A stretch of 64,000 nucleotides of DNA, from positions 73,656,001 to 73,720,000 of the forward strand of contig NC_042998.1 of NCBI RefSeq assembly GCF_006345805.1, in the 5' to 3' direction. Position numbers and translations under genes: made by a program. Origin of the DNA: Octopus sinensis. Taxonomy: Eukaryota. The notes under the pieces were generated by a model that was given only the letters and a program-made list of their open reading frames with translations, did no database searches and was not told where the DNA came from. This document shows, piece by piece, positions 25,906 to 38,522 of the stretch; the first letter of the stretch is position 1, and each line of letters begins with the position of its first letter.

Positions 25906-26913
25906 TGTGTGCATATGCGATTCTGTGGGAGTACGTATATATTTTTGTACGTATAGATATTTCCCTATTTATATCCATTATGTATGTTTCTATACACATA
26001 TAATGAATATATAATGAAGTGCAGTGCGTATTAATTCTCATCTGAGTTCTTTATTTTCTAAGTGCATACAAATGTATATATATTTACACACGCAAACACA
26101 CACTCTACATCAGTAAGTGTTCTATATACGCTCTATAAACTCTGTTGATGGACATCTACCACTGACTGTCTTATTTATCTTGCAATTATAAGATTTCTTT
26201 CTCTGAACCTTTCAACCGTTTACGTCCGTCCTGCGTTACTGTTTGTGCCACATAACAGCTTATATGATTGATAAAGAATTAATCGTTGTTCTAATTATCT
26301 TACACTATTATCACCTCCAGGGACTACTATTCAATGGTAGAAGGAAAAAAAATCAATACCCAAAGATAATATATATGAACATACAGGCGCACACACATAC
26401 AAATATACATACATACATGTATATTTCGATTTTATATTTAGTTTCCAAGATACATGATCTGAGCTCGTGTGTTGAAACAGATTTCATTGTATCTCGGGAG
26501 GGTCATTACGGTGATAACAAACACACGTACTGGTTCAATTTCACTTATCTGTTATTATTAGTCAATTGATTAAATAGTCGACGTACATTACATCAATACC
26601 TCTACACGAATATTAAGCCTGAAATTAGAAGAGAGGTAGATCCGAAGCGGACTTAAAGAGGAAGAGAACATGTCATTGAAGAGATTGCGAAAGGCGACGA
26701 AAGAACTTTGACAAACTGATTGGTTGATTAATCGAATGATTAATTTAATAAGTGATTGGTTAATTGGTTAATTGGTTAATTGATGAATAATAATAAAGTA
26801 AAATTGAATGCGTACTTCCGTTTATTATTAGCATAGTGGCCCTCTCGAAATAAACACATATTGACATACGCATATACACACACAGACGCATACACATCAT
26901 TTGTGGTAATATG

Positions 26914-26985
<72 letters not shown>

Positions 26986-26986
26986 A

Positions 26987-27330
26987 TCAAATAGGGTATG
27001 AAATAAATTATTATTACCAGTGGCCTAGCACAAAAGACGAGTTAGTCGTTAGACTATATATTTTTCGTATAGAAATATAATATAAGGCTTCCAAATAAGG
27101 AAGCGTAGTGCTAGAAACACAAAAAGGGATAAATTCATGAAAGGAATGAAAATTAAAAACATTTACCATCATAGCTATATTCCCAGACCGAACGGTTTCT
27201 ACCTCTTTTTTAGCAAACACACAGAATATATTTGCCAGGCCAGGTTCCTCAGTGGAATAATTTTCATTCCTTTCATGAATTTATCCCTTTTTGTGTTTCT
27301 AGCACTACGCTTCCCTATTTGGAAGCCTTT

Positions 27331-27332
<2 letters not shown>
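26987..27332 (-). mobile_element. Hammerhead-bearing PLE-type non-autonomous element with 5' inverted duplication
   Basis: 27080-27155 and 27258-27332 are an inverted pair of about 75 bp. The terminus aatcaaatagggta..accagtggcctag..agacta is homologous to the 21230-21325 terminus. (TA)n on both sides. Confidence 0.75.
27178..27259 (-). ncRNA. Type-I hammerhead ribozyme motif with GUC site
   Basis: Helix I UAUUCCA/UGGGAAUA; CUGAGGA (27252-27246); helix II ACCU/AGGU with inner hairpin GCAAAUAUA/UGUGUUUGC; one extra A; GAA; helix III ACC-GUUC-GGU; C17 at 27186. Confidence 0.8.
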
Positions 27333-27422
<90 letters not shown>

Positions 27423-27491
27423 ATACACATAATTTATAAGTATATATATATATACTTATATATATATATATATATAAGATATTACATAGAT

Positions 27492-27523
<32 letters not shown>

Positions 27524-27524
<1 letters not shown>

Positions 27525-30500
27525 GTTTCTTTATTGGCCACACAGGGATGCACACAGATGGGACAAGTTACAAGGTAGAGCTTTTCTTTTGGGGGATGAA
27601 GAGAAGAAAAAACAAAAGAAAAAAAGGGAGTGGCGTAGGTTTTCGATCAAGAGGGATCGTAAAAGGGAAGAAAAGAACAAAAAAAATGAATAAAATAAAA
27701 AGAATAAAAAGAAAAAAAAGAAAACGAAAAGGAACAAAAGGAAAGAGAAATGAAAACAGAAGAAAAAAGGGGAAAAAAAGGGGAAGAGGAAAAAAAAGAA
27801 CGATCAATAGGGATCGGGTATCACAGTGTTATGATATATGGTGTAAAGGGGAAAGCAAGTAAGGTTTATCCGTGGGAAGAAAAGCCTACGAAAAAGACCA
27901 CGGTAACCTTGGTCAATAATGTTATATGTTACCACATTTGTTTGCAAGTGGGTAACCCTCTGTTTTCAATTTCTGGGTTCATAGGATTATGCTCAAGGTG
28001 GCTTCGTCATTCATACGTGCCATCCTTGCTACATTCATCCATCTTTTTTTAAAACATTCGCTAGACAAAAAACTTGCCTCTCTACTCCCTTTCCTTTTCA
28101 AGTGGTACTTGAAGAAGTTGATGAGAGATTGACCAGAGAGGAAAGTGTTTGTCTCCAATCCTTTCAGACGCGTCCACCAGATACATTCTTTCGCCATAGC
28201 CACAAGGATGATGAAAATAGCTCTTCCTTCCCGTTTGAAGGAAGGAGGCGTGACAATATTGACGATAGACTCAGCTGATAAACCGACTCGTCCCACACGT
28301 GACAGCAGTTGTTCGACATAAGCCCACAGGTCGGAAATTGTGGGGACACTGCACGAGTGCGTGCAGAACGGTTTCGTCGCTCTGACCGCATCTCGGGCAG
28401 GTCGGCCCCGTGTTTCTCGAGCCGTGTCTGTAGAGCTTATGCCGAACGGGTAGCGCTTCTCGGTAGCACTGCCAGGCCAGGGATCTCTGGAAGTTGTCCA
28501 TGGCCCTGGCCCGAAAGTCGTCCTGAACAGGCGGGTCAGGTACTCCTCGTCGACGTCCAGGTTCGCCCCGAGCTCGTCGTCGTACCTCCCCTCCACTAAT
28601 CCCCTATAGAATGCTTTGGTTGTGTTGAAGTCACTCAAGGTCGAGCCGGGACGGCAGAGTTGCTTGAGAGCAACGCGACACTCGCGGTGCCAATCGCCCT
28701 TCCTCGGCCTCTTTTTGATCCACGACTGCAGTTCGGTCATGGAGACGAGCTGCGGGAAAGCGTGCCTCACAAACGGCGACCACACCTGTTCACCGTTGTC
28801 TACATAGAGCCAGAGATGTCGCAGTCTCAGCGCGTGTCTGCGCATCATCAACTACGGCATGCCCAGCCCTCCTTTAGCGGGTGTTGACAAGCAAATGGAT
28901 CGCCTGACCATCGGGACGCATCCTTTCCACAAGAAGCGAAAGAGAATGCGTTGTAGTTTGGTGATGGTAGGGTCGGGACAAGGTACGACGGTCAGGCGGT
29001 ATTAGATGACGGACGCGATGTACGTGTTCGCCACCTCCGCCCGACCTTTTAGGGACAGTTTCCTCTCGGCCCATTGTCGGGCGAGAGTGACCACCCTACT
29101 CGTTATCTCGTTCCAGTTCTTCTCCACTTGGAGGTCCGGACCAAACCAGACCCCGAGCAACTCAACCGGGCCGTCGGTCCAGCGTCCCACGACGGAGGCG
29201 CTGGTGGACGGCATGGGCTTGCTTCTCCAGGTGCCTAGTCGCAAGCCCACTGACTTTTCCCGGTTGATTTTCGCTCCTGTCACCGCTTCGTAGTTTTCAG
29301 TGTCTCGCCGACCTGCTCGATGTGCTCGTGGCTAGACACTATGACGGTGACGTCGTCGTCGCGTATGCAGACACGCTCGTCCCGCATCCCAGTTCTCGCG
29401 GGATGCCCCTCAAAGTTGCCAGCTTCCGCAATAATGGCTCGAGAGTCAATACGTATAGAAGCGACGAGAGGGGGCATCCCTGACGGACCGAACGTGCGAT
29501 GTCGAAGGGTCTCGATAGATGTCCATTCACGCGAATACCGAACGGATGCTCTGTACAAATCGGCTATCCAGCCGCGGAAGACGGGACCGAAGCCTGCCGC
29601 TCTGAGGACCGCCTCCAAGTATCGATGGTCTACCCTATCGAAAGCTTTCGATTGATCCAAATTGATCAGCGCCCCACCCATGCCAGGTTCGTTAACTACC
29701 CTGTCTATGATGTAGCGCATCAGGTGGAGGTTGTCATGGATGGTCCGGCCCGGCACGGCGCATGTTTGCGCCCTGTCGACCAGTTTCTCGATGACAAGCG
29801 CCAACCTCTTGGCTAGCACCTTGGCCAAAATTTTGAGGTCTGCATTAAGCAGAGTGATGGGCCTAAAGTTATCTATTACATTTCCCTTGTTTAGATCTTT
29901 CTTCAGCAGTGTTACGGCTCCTCGGCTCACAAATCCAGGAATGCTCCCGTTTTGCTGCCAGTTGCAGTACACCGCCGCCAAGAGATCTCCAAACAAGTCT
30001 GGCATACAATTGTAAAGCTCGTAGGGTAGACCATCCAAACCCGGTGATTGGTCCCTCGAGCATTCTGCCATCGCCTCCTGCACTTCCGCCGCCGTGATGG
30101 CACCTTCGCAGCACCCTGCCTTTCTTGTCGAGAGTCGTGGTAGGCTATGTAGGTAGGCACTGAAGTCCACCCTACGTTCTTGCCCTCCACTCGTCCCGAA
30201 CAGTCGGCAAAATGCTGCTGAAAGGCCTCACACATTTTACTTGGCTCGAGCAATTCGCGCCCCTGTTCATCTACCAGGGACCGAATGGTGGCTTTGTGCC
30301 CTGTTGCGCCTCTGCCACCCGGGCCTCTCTCGCGGCTCCAATCACCTCCGTTCCTTAGAGCACGCATCCTAGCTCTGACAGCACATCCTTCGTGTTTGGC
30401 GTTGAAGTGTTGGTCGAGGGCCAACCTCGCCGCCAAAACGTCGGATGCGATGCCGCTTCTAATTGCCTCTTCTAGCTTCTTAACTAGCTCACCCTCAACT

Positions 30501-30545
30501 CTATTTCTATCTATGGCTAGTTCTTTGCTGTACCTAATCGCTTCA
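27524..30545 (-). mobile_element. Tx1-clade (L1 superfamily) LINE, 5'-truncated and frameshifted ORF2, inserted in (GATA)n
   Basis: RT motifs SPGLDGLPYELY, NFRPITLLNADLKILAKVLAKRL, LDQSKAFDRVDH, VRQGCPLSSLLY and C-terminal CPRCGQSDETVLHALVQCP. GC-rich. 3' end aataaagaaac. (GATA)n at both junctions. Confidence 0.9.
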
Positions 30546-30855
30546 GATAGATAGATAGATAGATATGAGTGTGCGCGTATCATACATACCTGTATACACC
30601 ATCACGCCATATATCATATACAGACGCGCCTTTCATGTATAAACTCAAATATATAGATATATATCAAAGCGTGACTCTATGATACACTGGTATCCTAAAT
30701 GTAGCTGATAAATTCTCTCAAATACCCTCTCAAACCATTCTAAATCCCCAAAACCAGAAAGAGGATGGAACGGGTAGAAGGTCTTTGTTCATAAGTTTGT
30801 TGAGGGTCGAGCAGTAATTCGTACAATGATATACGAATAACATGCCAAAAGAAAC

Positions 30856-31421
30856 ATGAAGCGGGTGCTGAGAAGTTCCTATCTTTCAGGGCATCGTGAA
30901 AGGTCTGGTTGGAAGCGCAACCTTCCGATGTTTTTTTACAGAGCTAAGAAAAACTGAAGGACTGCTGCTTTAAGTATTTGAATCTGAGAGAGGAATATGC
31001 TAAATAAGATCAGAATTAACATTAATGATTTGTAGGTACTTCATTATGCAAACAATATACTATGAACTATACGAAATGTGTTTTCATAAGTCAGTGCCAC
31101 GTTATTTTTGTTAATGTCATATCTATAGATACCCCATAGAACTTATAGCCAGCACTGATTTTTACAACAGCGTTTCGTATCGAGACATCACATGTAAGAA
31201 AACTTTGTGAACAACCCCCGAAATATGGTATATACACTCATTATCCATTTTTGTTTTCGATCAAATTGTTTATTTACATCTGACGTTTCGATACGAAACG
31301 TTGTAGCAAAAATCAGTGCTGAATATCTGTAAAAATAACCTTAACTAAATAACATAATTATCTAATCCTCTTGCATTTTCTTTTACCCGAAACAAGGAAC
31401 TTTTCTGTACCTCCTCGTTTA
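30856..31421. mobile_element. Mariner-derived MITE interrupted by an insertion of about 330 bp
   Basis: Left TIR gaagcgggtgctgagaagttcc and right TIR ggaacttttctgtacctcctcgt. Body continuity is broken between about 31025 and 31358. Confidence 0.6.
31150..31321. mobile_element. Small foldback/MITE with about 55-bp inverted ends
   Basis: cagcactgattttt...cgtttcgtatcga.ac.tca.atgta at the left is mirrored by the reverse complement of 31262-31321. Confidence 0.65.
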
Positions 31422-31644
31422 GCTGAGACACACAGCAGCACAAACATACTCATAATTTATCGAAAACCCTCCCTAACAAACACTCGTTTAAGCATTTACA
31501 GCTACACACACGCAGACTCTCTCAGACGTGTTAAACCATGGCATATGATATTTGTGGCAGCTAAACTAAGATCGTCATTTGAAAACAGAACACAAATGAA
31601 AAATAATCCTGTTAAAATTCATCTCGTGCTATAATCTAGCTTGG

Positions 31645-32308
31645 AATTACATTACTTTTGCTGACAAATTTAAACTTATCGTAGAAGTCGCATTAGGTTA
31701 TTCGTGAATTTAATTGTGTGAAAGCATGAACAAATTGCTAAAACTGATCGCAGTTCAGAGAGATATGTTGTGAAAGGTTAATTTCAAGTTAACCCCTGTC
31801 TTACGTATCTCCTCTATAGTCAGACGGCAGTGATTCACTTTTTGAACCAGAACTTTACCACTGGGTGTTAAATTCTGGAGAAGATTGACAATTTACCACA
31901 ATAACCTTGGAATGATGTCTTCAAGCAATCACATAAACATTTTGTTTCTGACATGCTAGGCTGAAATGAAGAAATTCCTCTCTCAGTAACTCTTTAAGGA
32001 GTCTATTGTACATACACACGAACACGTAGATGGCTTCATAGATGAATGCTTACAGAGTAATCTCGAAAATGATTGTTGAAACCAAAACGCAAGCTGCTGG
32101 TTAATAAGTGAAATAAAAAATAAATATCCTGATAATTAGACACCTTCACGTGATCTTAATGCTTAATTTTCTTAATAAAAATCTTTCAGTTTGCTACAAA
32201 CCAGTTCTAACTAGATGCAGAGGAATTCTTTACATGCACTTTGCAATATTTCGTTATAATGTAAGTACATTCATAAATTTTGTTTCTTGAATAACAGATA
32301 ATTTGTCA
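31645..32308 (+). repeat. Left arm of inverted segmental duplication
   Basis: Reverse complement of 38523-39145. 31827-32073 is identical to 38740-38986. Confidence 0.95.
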
Positions 32309-32582
32309 TGATGACTAAGACAAGCTGCAGAAGTAAAGAATATATCAAAAATTTTGAATGATTCGTTACTGAATATCAACTCAACCAACATACTTCAACC
32401 GTTTAACTTACCCAAGCTTCTGTCTCTCTGTATCAATACTTTCTGTAAAAGAGTGTAGGTTCGAAACATTACAGGCTTCTTACATTTTTCGTGAGTATAA
32501 ACCTAATACTCCTTAATTCTTTCACCTCGTCTTGCTGTTTTCTTTGCTTTTCAACCATATCTATACGTACATACATACATTA

Positions 32583-32655
<73 letters not shown>

Positions 32656-32749
32656 TTAATATATATATATTAATAAATGAAATAAAACATATGCATATAT
32701 ATAAACATATATGTACGTACCTACCTCTACATGTACATATACACGCATA

Positions 32750-33010
32750 TATGAGTACAGGACACCAAAGGGACGTCGAACACAAAGAGAAACGAAAACA
32801 TAGACACAAACCAAAGGAACAGGACATTTTTTTAAAAACAACAAAAAAATGGAGTACAGGACAATTAACACAACGAAAAAACCCCTTCTTCAGTCGCTAA
32901 GGTTTCATCTACTCTACGTTTCGAAGGATAAAAGCGAGACGTATCTTCGACAAGAAACTTTCCTTCCTGCGAAAAGCAAATCAATTAAAATTCTGAGATC
33001 TTTTCGCAGA
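32750..33010 (-). mobile_element. TA-associated short repeat (PLE-type terminus?), family shared with 61965-62107
   Basis: Starts at a TA-rich array with (ga)gtacaggac repeated internally (32755, 32853). Homologous to 61965-62107. Degenerate TCGAAGA...CGAAACGTA on the minus strand. Confidence 0.45.
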
Positions 33011-33175
33011 GGGGTAGAAAATGGTAAAAAAAATGAGGCGCAGGGGTGGGTGTGTGGAATGTAGCTTGCTTCCCCAAAAGGACGAACAGTGTTGTGCTTG
33101 AATGATGCATGAAAGAGAAATGCTGCAGACTAATATATATATATCTATATATATAATATATATTATATATATATA

Positions 33176-33233
<58 letters not shown>

Positions 33234-33949
33234 AGGGACAGATAGAGAGACAGAGAGAGAGAAAGGCTAGATGAAAGGAAAGGAAATCCACTAGGGAGCA
33301 GTGCAAGCCATTTAACACAAATTCAGTTAAATAGGACAGAGAGAGTAGGAGGACCGCCTAGGCGTGGTTGTATGCACGGAAGTGAAGCAGGTTGATAATG
33401 GACATCAAAGAAGATGGTGGATTCGCACCATGCCGAGAGAAAGTGGTTCAGCAACATAGCGGTCAGGGTGCCTCAGATAGCTAACTTACGTATGACCATG
33501 AATATATAAAAGTGTACATTTTAGGGATTTCAGAAACGTTTAAAGTTTACACAAATCTAACGAGAAAAAAATCGCTTACTATTTGAATTGCTCTGTAAAG
33601 GTATGATTTCGGCTGAAGAATTTTACGATGTCAACAAGTAATCTTCAAAAGTAATGTAGAAAGTGAAAGAATGAGAGGCAGAGACAGTGATAGTGGTAAA
33701 AAGACAGAGAGACAGTGAAAGGGAGAGAGAGAAAGAGAGAGGAGATACTTGTGCTTATTTTGTCATCAACTATTCTTCAAAAGTATTGAGGAGAGAGTGA
33801 CCCAAAGAGGAAGAGAGAGACAGAAAAACATAGAGAGGGTGCTGGTAAAAAGACAGAGTATGGGTTCAGCATTATAGCAGTCAGGGAGTTTCAAATTATT
33901 ATTACTATTTTTATTGTTCTTGTTGTTGTTGTTGTTGTTGTCTTCGCAT

Positions 33950-34300
33950 AACTTCTATCATTGGAGATGTACTGCGGTGCCAGCTGTTCACTACCAGTGA
34001 ACTAAGCACTTATTTTTCGAGCACCATCCGGAGTATTCCAGCGGTTCCAAGCAGTGCTGTTTTCTGCAAGTGCTCCACCCTTATTGCAGCCCCTATTTGT
34101 TCCATGTACTTCTCAAGATTTTTACTCACTGTTTCCAAGGCTCCGACAATTATTGGTACTACTAACACCATTTTCGACTGCTTAACCCCCCACGCTAACC
34201 TTTCATATCTATCGACTTTCTTTCTTCCTTATCGCATACCGTGTTGTCAGCTGGGCATGCTATATCTATGAACCAGCATTGTTTGCTTTCTTTCTCAATT
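33950..34300 (-). mobile_element. Dong/R4-clade LINE 3' fragment, family 2
   Basis: Minus frame CWFIDIACPADN...VVPIIVGALETVSKNLEKYMEQIG...LQKTALLGTAGILRMVLEK* is a restriction-like endonuclease C-terminus. Flanked by (TTG)n and (TAA)n. Confidence 0.8.
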
Positions 34301-34324
34301 AATAATAATAATAATAATGATGAA

Positions 34325-34361
<37 letters not shown>

Positions 34362-34371
34362 TAATATAATA

Positions 34372-34433
<62 letters not shown>

Positions 34434-34439
34434 TTTATT

Positions 34440-34641
34440 CAGTAGTTTTATTTTTTAGCGTGCTTTCACTTCACTACCGAGCGCAGCTCTGTGTGTGCTT
34501 GGGTATGTGCTGTGATTTGTTGTGATGCTCTGATGGTTATTGTATGGAAAGTGTTCTGCGTAGGATGTGTGCATTGCCTAGTAGTGCAATTTTCTGTATG
34601 TTATATGTGTTTGTAAGTCCTGGTGTTTTTGTCATGTATTT
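34440..34641 (-). mobile_element. Dong/R4-clade LINE 3' end, family 1, in a (TTA)n/(TAA)n array
   Basis: Nearly identical to 43839-44040 (IQKIALLG.AHILRRTLSIQ* plus 3' UTR). Confidence 0.9.
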
Positions 34642-34662
34642 ATAATAATAATAATAATAATA

Positions 34663-34728
<66 letters not shown>

Positions 34729-35201
34729 AGGAGGTATTAGAACAGTAGTGACTAGGAGTTAGTTCCCCATTCCTTAAAACTCCGTATCAGAGACCACTAC
34801 TGGATGCAGATTTAATGGCATACCCTTTTATATATGCGCATACATGTTTGTTATGCTTGTGTTTACATTCTGAAAAATCGGTGTAGTTTGTATTAATGTC
34901 ACAGTGGCCTTTATCGATCAACTATTATTCAACACTGTTTTTTCGGTAAGCATTTTCTGAAAACTGTTTCGATTAATTACCCACTTGCTATTTGTATGTG
35001 TGTGTGTCTCAGTATGTGTACATGATGTAGGTGTTTCATATATATAAGTATGTTACACATGGGTTAGATACTATCTAATAGAGAACGCAAATGCGAAATG
35101 TAATCAAATAAACTCGTTTGTCTGTATCAAGTCATGTGAGTGACACCTAGGTGGAACAAGCGCAGTTAATAACTAATTTTAGGATACGTATGTATATATA
35201 T

Positions 35202-35224
<23 letters not shown>

Positions 35225-35241
<17 letters not shown>

Positions 35242-35336
35242 AGATGTATATATATGGGTTCTTCATATGTCCGTTTGTTTATAGGTAAACATATACACAC
35301 ACAAGCATTCATATATATATATATGCATATATACCC

Positions 35337-35395
<59 letters not shown>

Positions 35396-35416
35396 CGCAT
35401 ATGTATATATATATAT

Positions 35417-35452
<36 letters not shown>

Positions 35453-35572
35453 TAGATAGATAGATAGATAGATATAAAGTATATATATATGGGTCTTCAT
35501 ATGTCCGTTTGTTTATAGGTAAACATATACACACACAAGCATTCATATATATATGCATATATACACTATATG

Positions 35573-35623
<51 letters not shown>

Positions 35624-35640
35624 CGCTATATGTGTATATA
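35225..35640. repeat. Tandem duplication (about 240-bp unit) containing microsatellites
   Basis: cttcatatgtccgtttgtttataggtaaacatatacacacacaagcattca occurs at about 35260 and about 35495. Confidence 0.9.
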
Positions 35641-35679
35641 TATATATAGATAGATAAAGATAGATAGATAGATCGATGC

Positions 35680-35751
<72 letters not shown>

Positions 35752-36225
35752 CAGATATACATACATACATGTATATGCGTGTGTGTGGGGACGTGTATTT
35801 ATATGCGTGTACATGTGTGTGTCTGTGAGTATTGTCAGGCCCTCCTTAGAACGCTACTAGTAATCTAATATAGCTTGTTGCATGACTGCGTTGGTGACTA
35901 AACTGTTACCCAACCAATATAGCTTGGTGAGGATGGTTGCTTGCTAGAAACTCAGCAGGAGTACAGTACCTGTCATAAAGAATGATAAATCTGTCTTAAG
36001 TTGACAGACTAAGCTGCATTAGCATCGATACATTACGAGTTCTGAACCTACCGTCCATCATATTTCGAAACTACAGGAAGTGTGACTCTCATTGACTTCC
36101 GTTTTAAAATGTTTATGGAAGAGCTCAGTCTGAAAAGAAAAAATTTAGAAACTGCTGGGGTAGATATTGTGTTTCGGTTTCTGAACGGGCTCCATAGTGT
36201 TGAGAATAAATCTTGTCGAGATATT

Positions 36226-36444
36226 GATTTCACATTTTGGCACAAAGCCAGCAAGATCTCGAAAAGACGTGGGGTAAGTCGATTACATCGATCCTATTGC
36301 TCAACTTGTTCTTATTTTATCGATCCCTGAAAAGATGAAAGGCAAATCCGACCTCGGTGGAATTTTAACTCAGAACGTAAAGGCGGACGAAATGCTGCTA
36401 CGCATTTGGCCCGGCCTGGTAACGATTCTGCCAGCTTGCTCCTT
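36226..36444 (-). mobile_element. SINE S1
   Basis: gaaaagatgaaaggcaaatccgacctcggtggaattttaactcagaacg...gattctgccagcttgctcctt. Confidence 0.85.
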
Positions 36445-36595
36445 AAAGTCTTGACGAAATATTCATGCAAGATGATCTTGACTTAATTTCGTCGGGGTTT
36501 CTATGAAAATATTGGGATTTGCCTCTTTTAATTGGCAGTAATGGATATACTCGTTAAAATAGAGAGCTATTATCAAATATGTATTTATTTGTAGG

Positions 36596-37000
36596 TGCAG
36601 GAGTGGCTGTGTGGTAAGTAGCTTGCTTACCAACCACATGGTTCTGGGTTCAGTCCCACTGCGTAGCACCTTAGGCAGGTGTCTTCTACTATAGCCTCGG
36701 GCCGACCAAACCCTTGTGAGTGGATTTGGTAGACAGAAACTGAAAGAAGCCCGTCGTATATATGTATATGTATATATACGTGTGTGTGTTTGTGTGTCTG
36801 TGTTTATCCCCTCCCCCTCCAAAATCGCTTCACAACCGATGCTGGTGTGTTTACGTCCCCGTAACTTAGCGTTTCGGAAAAAAGGGACCGATAGAATAAG
36901 TACTAGGCTTACAAAGAATAAGTCCTGGGGTCGATTTTTCCTCGACTAAATGCGGTGCTCCAGCACGGCCGCAGTCAAATAACTGAAACAAATAAAAGAG
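36596..37000 (+). mobile_element. SINE S2, full length (head, CORE-like segment, TA/TG array, tail)
   Basis: Head gcaggagtggctgtgtggtaagtagcttgc...gggttcagtccc; gcaccttaggcaggtgtcttctactatagcctcggg; short microsatellite 36757-36800; tail ending ggccgcagtcaaataactgaaacaaataaaag. Confidence 0.9.
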
Positions 37001-37561
37001 TGTCTACGAAGATTGTGCTGCACACTAGCATTGACCATGATGACTAAAACAAACTAAAGAAGTAAAGTACTCAATAAGGAGAATAACAACACAACTAGAA
37101 TAGCTTTGGAAATACACATCATGCAAGTCTCCATAACACTTTCGATATATGTGTACATATGTGTATATATGTAAGTATGTGCAGATGTGTATGTATGCGT
37201 GTCTTTGTGTGTGTGAAGTATGTTATCGACTGAGGTTTAGTTGAGTGGGTAAGAAGCTTACTTTACTGTTAAGAGGTCCTAGTTTCGATCTCATTGTGTA
37301 ACATCTTAAGCAGCTTTTGGTCAAATGAAATCAGTTTGATGGGATGGGAAATGGAGAAACCCATCAGATTTACAGAACCTGTTACTCAAATATTCAGCCT
37401 TATCGCATGCTGTTATCTTGGCACTGCTTGGGGACTATTTTGGAGGTACGAATAACCTGTGGAATACTCATCCACTTAGACTCTTGTACATTAACTAAAT
37501 AGCTTTGTTGATCGAATAACTAGAACAGTCAGCACGGAATCCGACAGAGGTCTATTTATTC

Positions 37562-37597
<36 letters not shown>

Positions 37598-38522
37598 GTG
37601 TATGTGTGTGTGTGTTGTGTGTGTGTGTGTGTGTGTGTCTGTGTGTGTCTGTGTATGTGTGTGTGTGTGTGTGTGTGTGTAGATCTGATGTTATAACTTT
37701 ATCTATTTGCTCTAACAAGAAAGCCTGATAATAGATCTATCAGAAATTCAACTCGAAACAGTAGACATCACTTTAGTTAAATACATGGAAATCACTCTAA
37801 CTAATAACACTTAATATTGGAGCAGTTGAATACATGGAAACAGCTCTAACTAATCACATGTAATATTGAAGATAAGGTGGGGGATATCGATAACGTCTGT
37901 AAAAAGTGCCTCGATAGCTTTTTAGACTCTGAGAGAGAGGAAACAGCATAAAGGCTGTTTCAATAAAAACAATTAGAAATAATTGTGTATAAATTGCGTA
38001 TATCACAGCCTGACAAAATAATTTGAATTTATTAATTTATAATAATTTCTGTTTCAGCAATCAACTCTAAAAAGATATTAAATCAAGAAGCTGCATTTTA
38101 TTTTTGGAAATAATTATTTCTATTGCGTAAACAGCATGACATATTGACATATAGGAGTAGCAGTGGGTGCGGATAGGCAAATTGATAATTAATCACTGGT
38201 GGCAGCTAGATAGATACTTTAATTTTATAATTGAAATCGTGTGTTGAAATTGAATTAATTTTATTTTATCAAATCAATATGGAATAAGAGAGATTTCGAG
38301 AATATTGGCCAAATTACATGTTATTCAGGCACATACTTATTTAGATTTTAAATTAAATCAATTTTCTATTCTATTTAGACAGTGTTGCTTAAGGACTACT
38401 GTCAGAATGTGGCATCGCACATTGATAGACGACTAATGGAACAGAACGTTTGTAGCAAGAATTCAGATGTTTAAAAACATAATGACTTTTATACTCAGTT
38501 TTAAGTGGAAAGTAACTGGTTT

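Noticed and set aside
31827-32073. Possible exon, snoRNA or CxCxC-coding sequence in the identical core of the inverted duplication
   Set aside because: All frames have stops, the C/D boxes are imperfect, and no consistent exon model fits both copies.
38001-38012. tatcacagcctg matching the miR-2 family 5' end
   Set aside because: The rest of the mature sequence does not match and no pre-miRNA hairpin forms.
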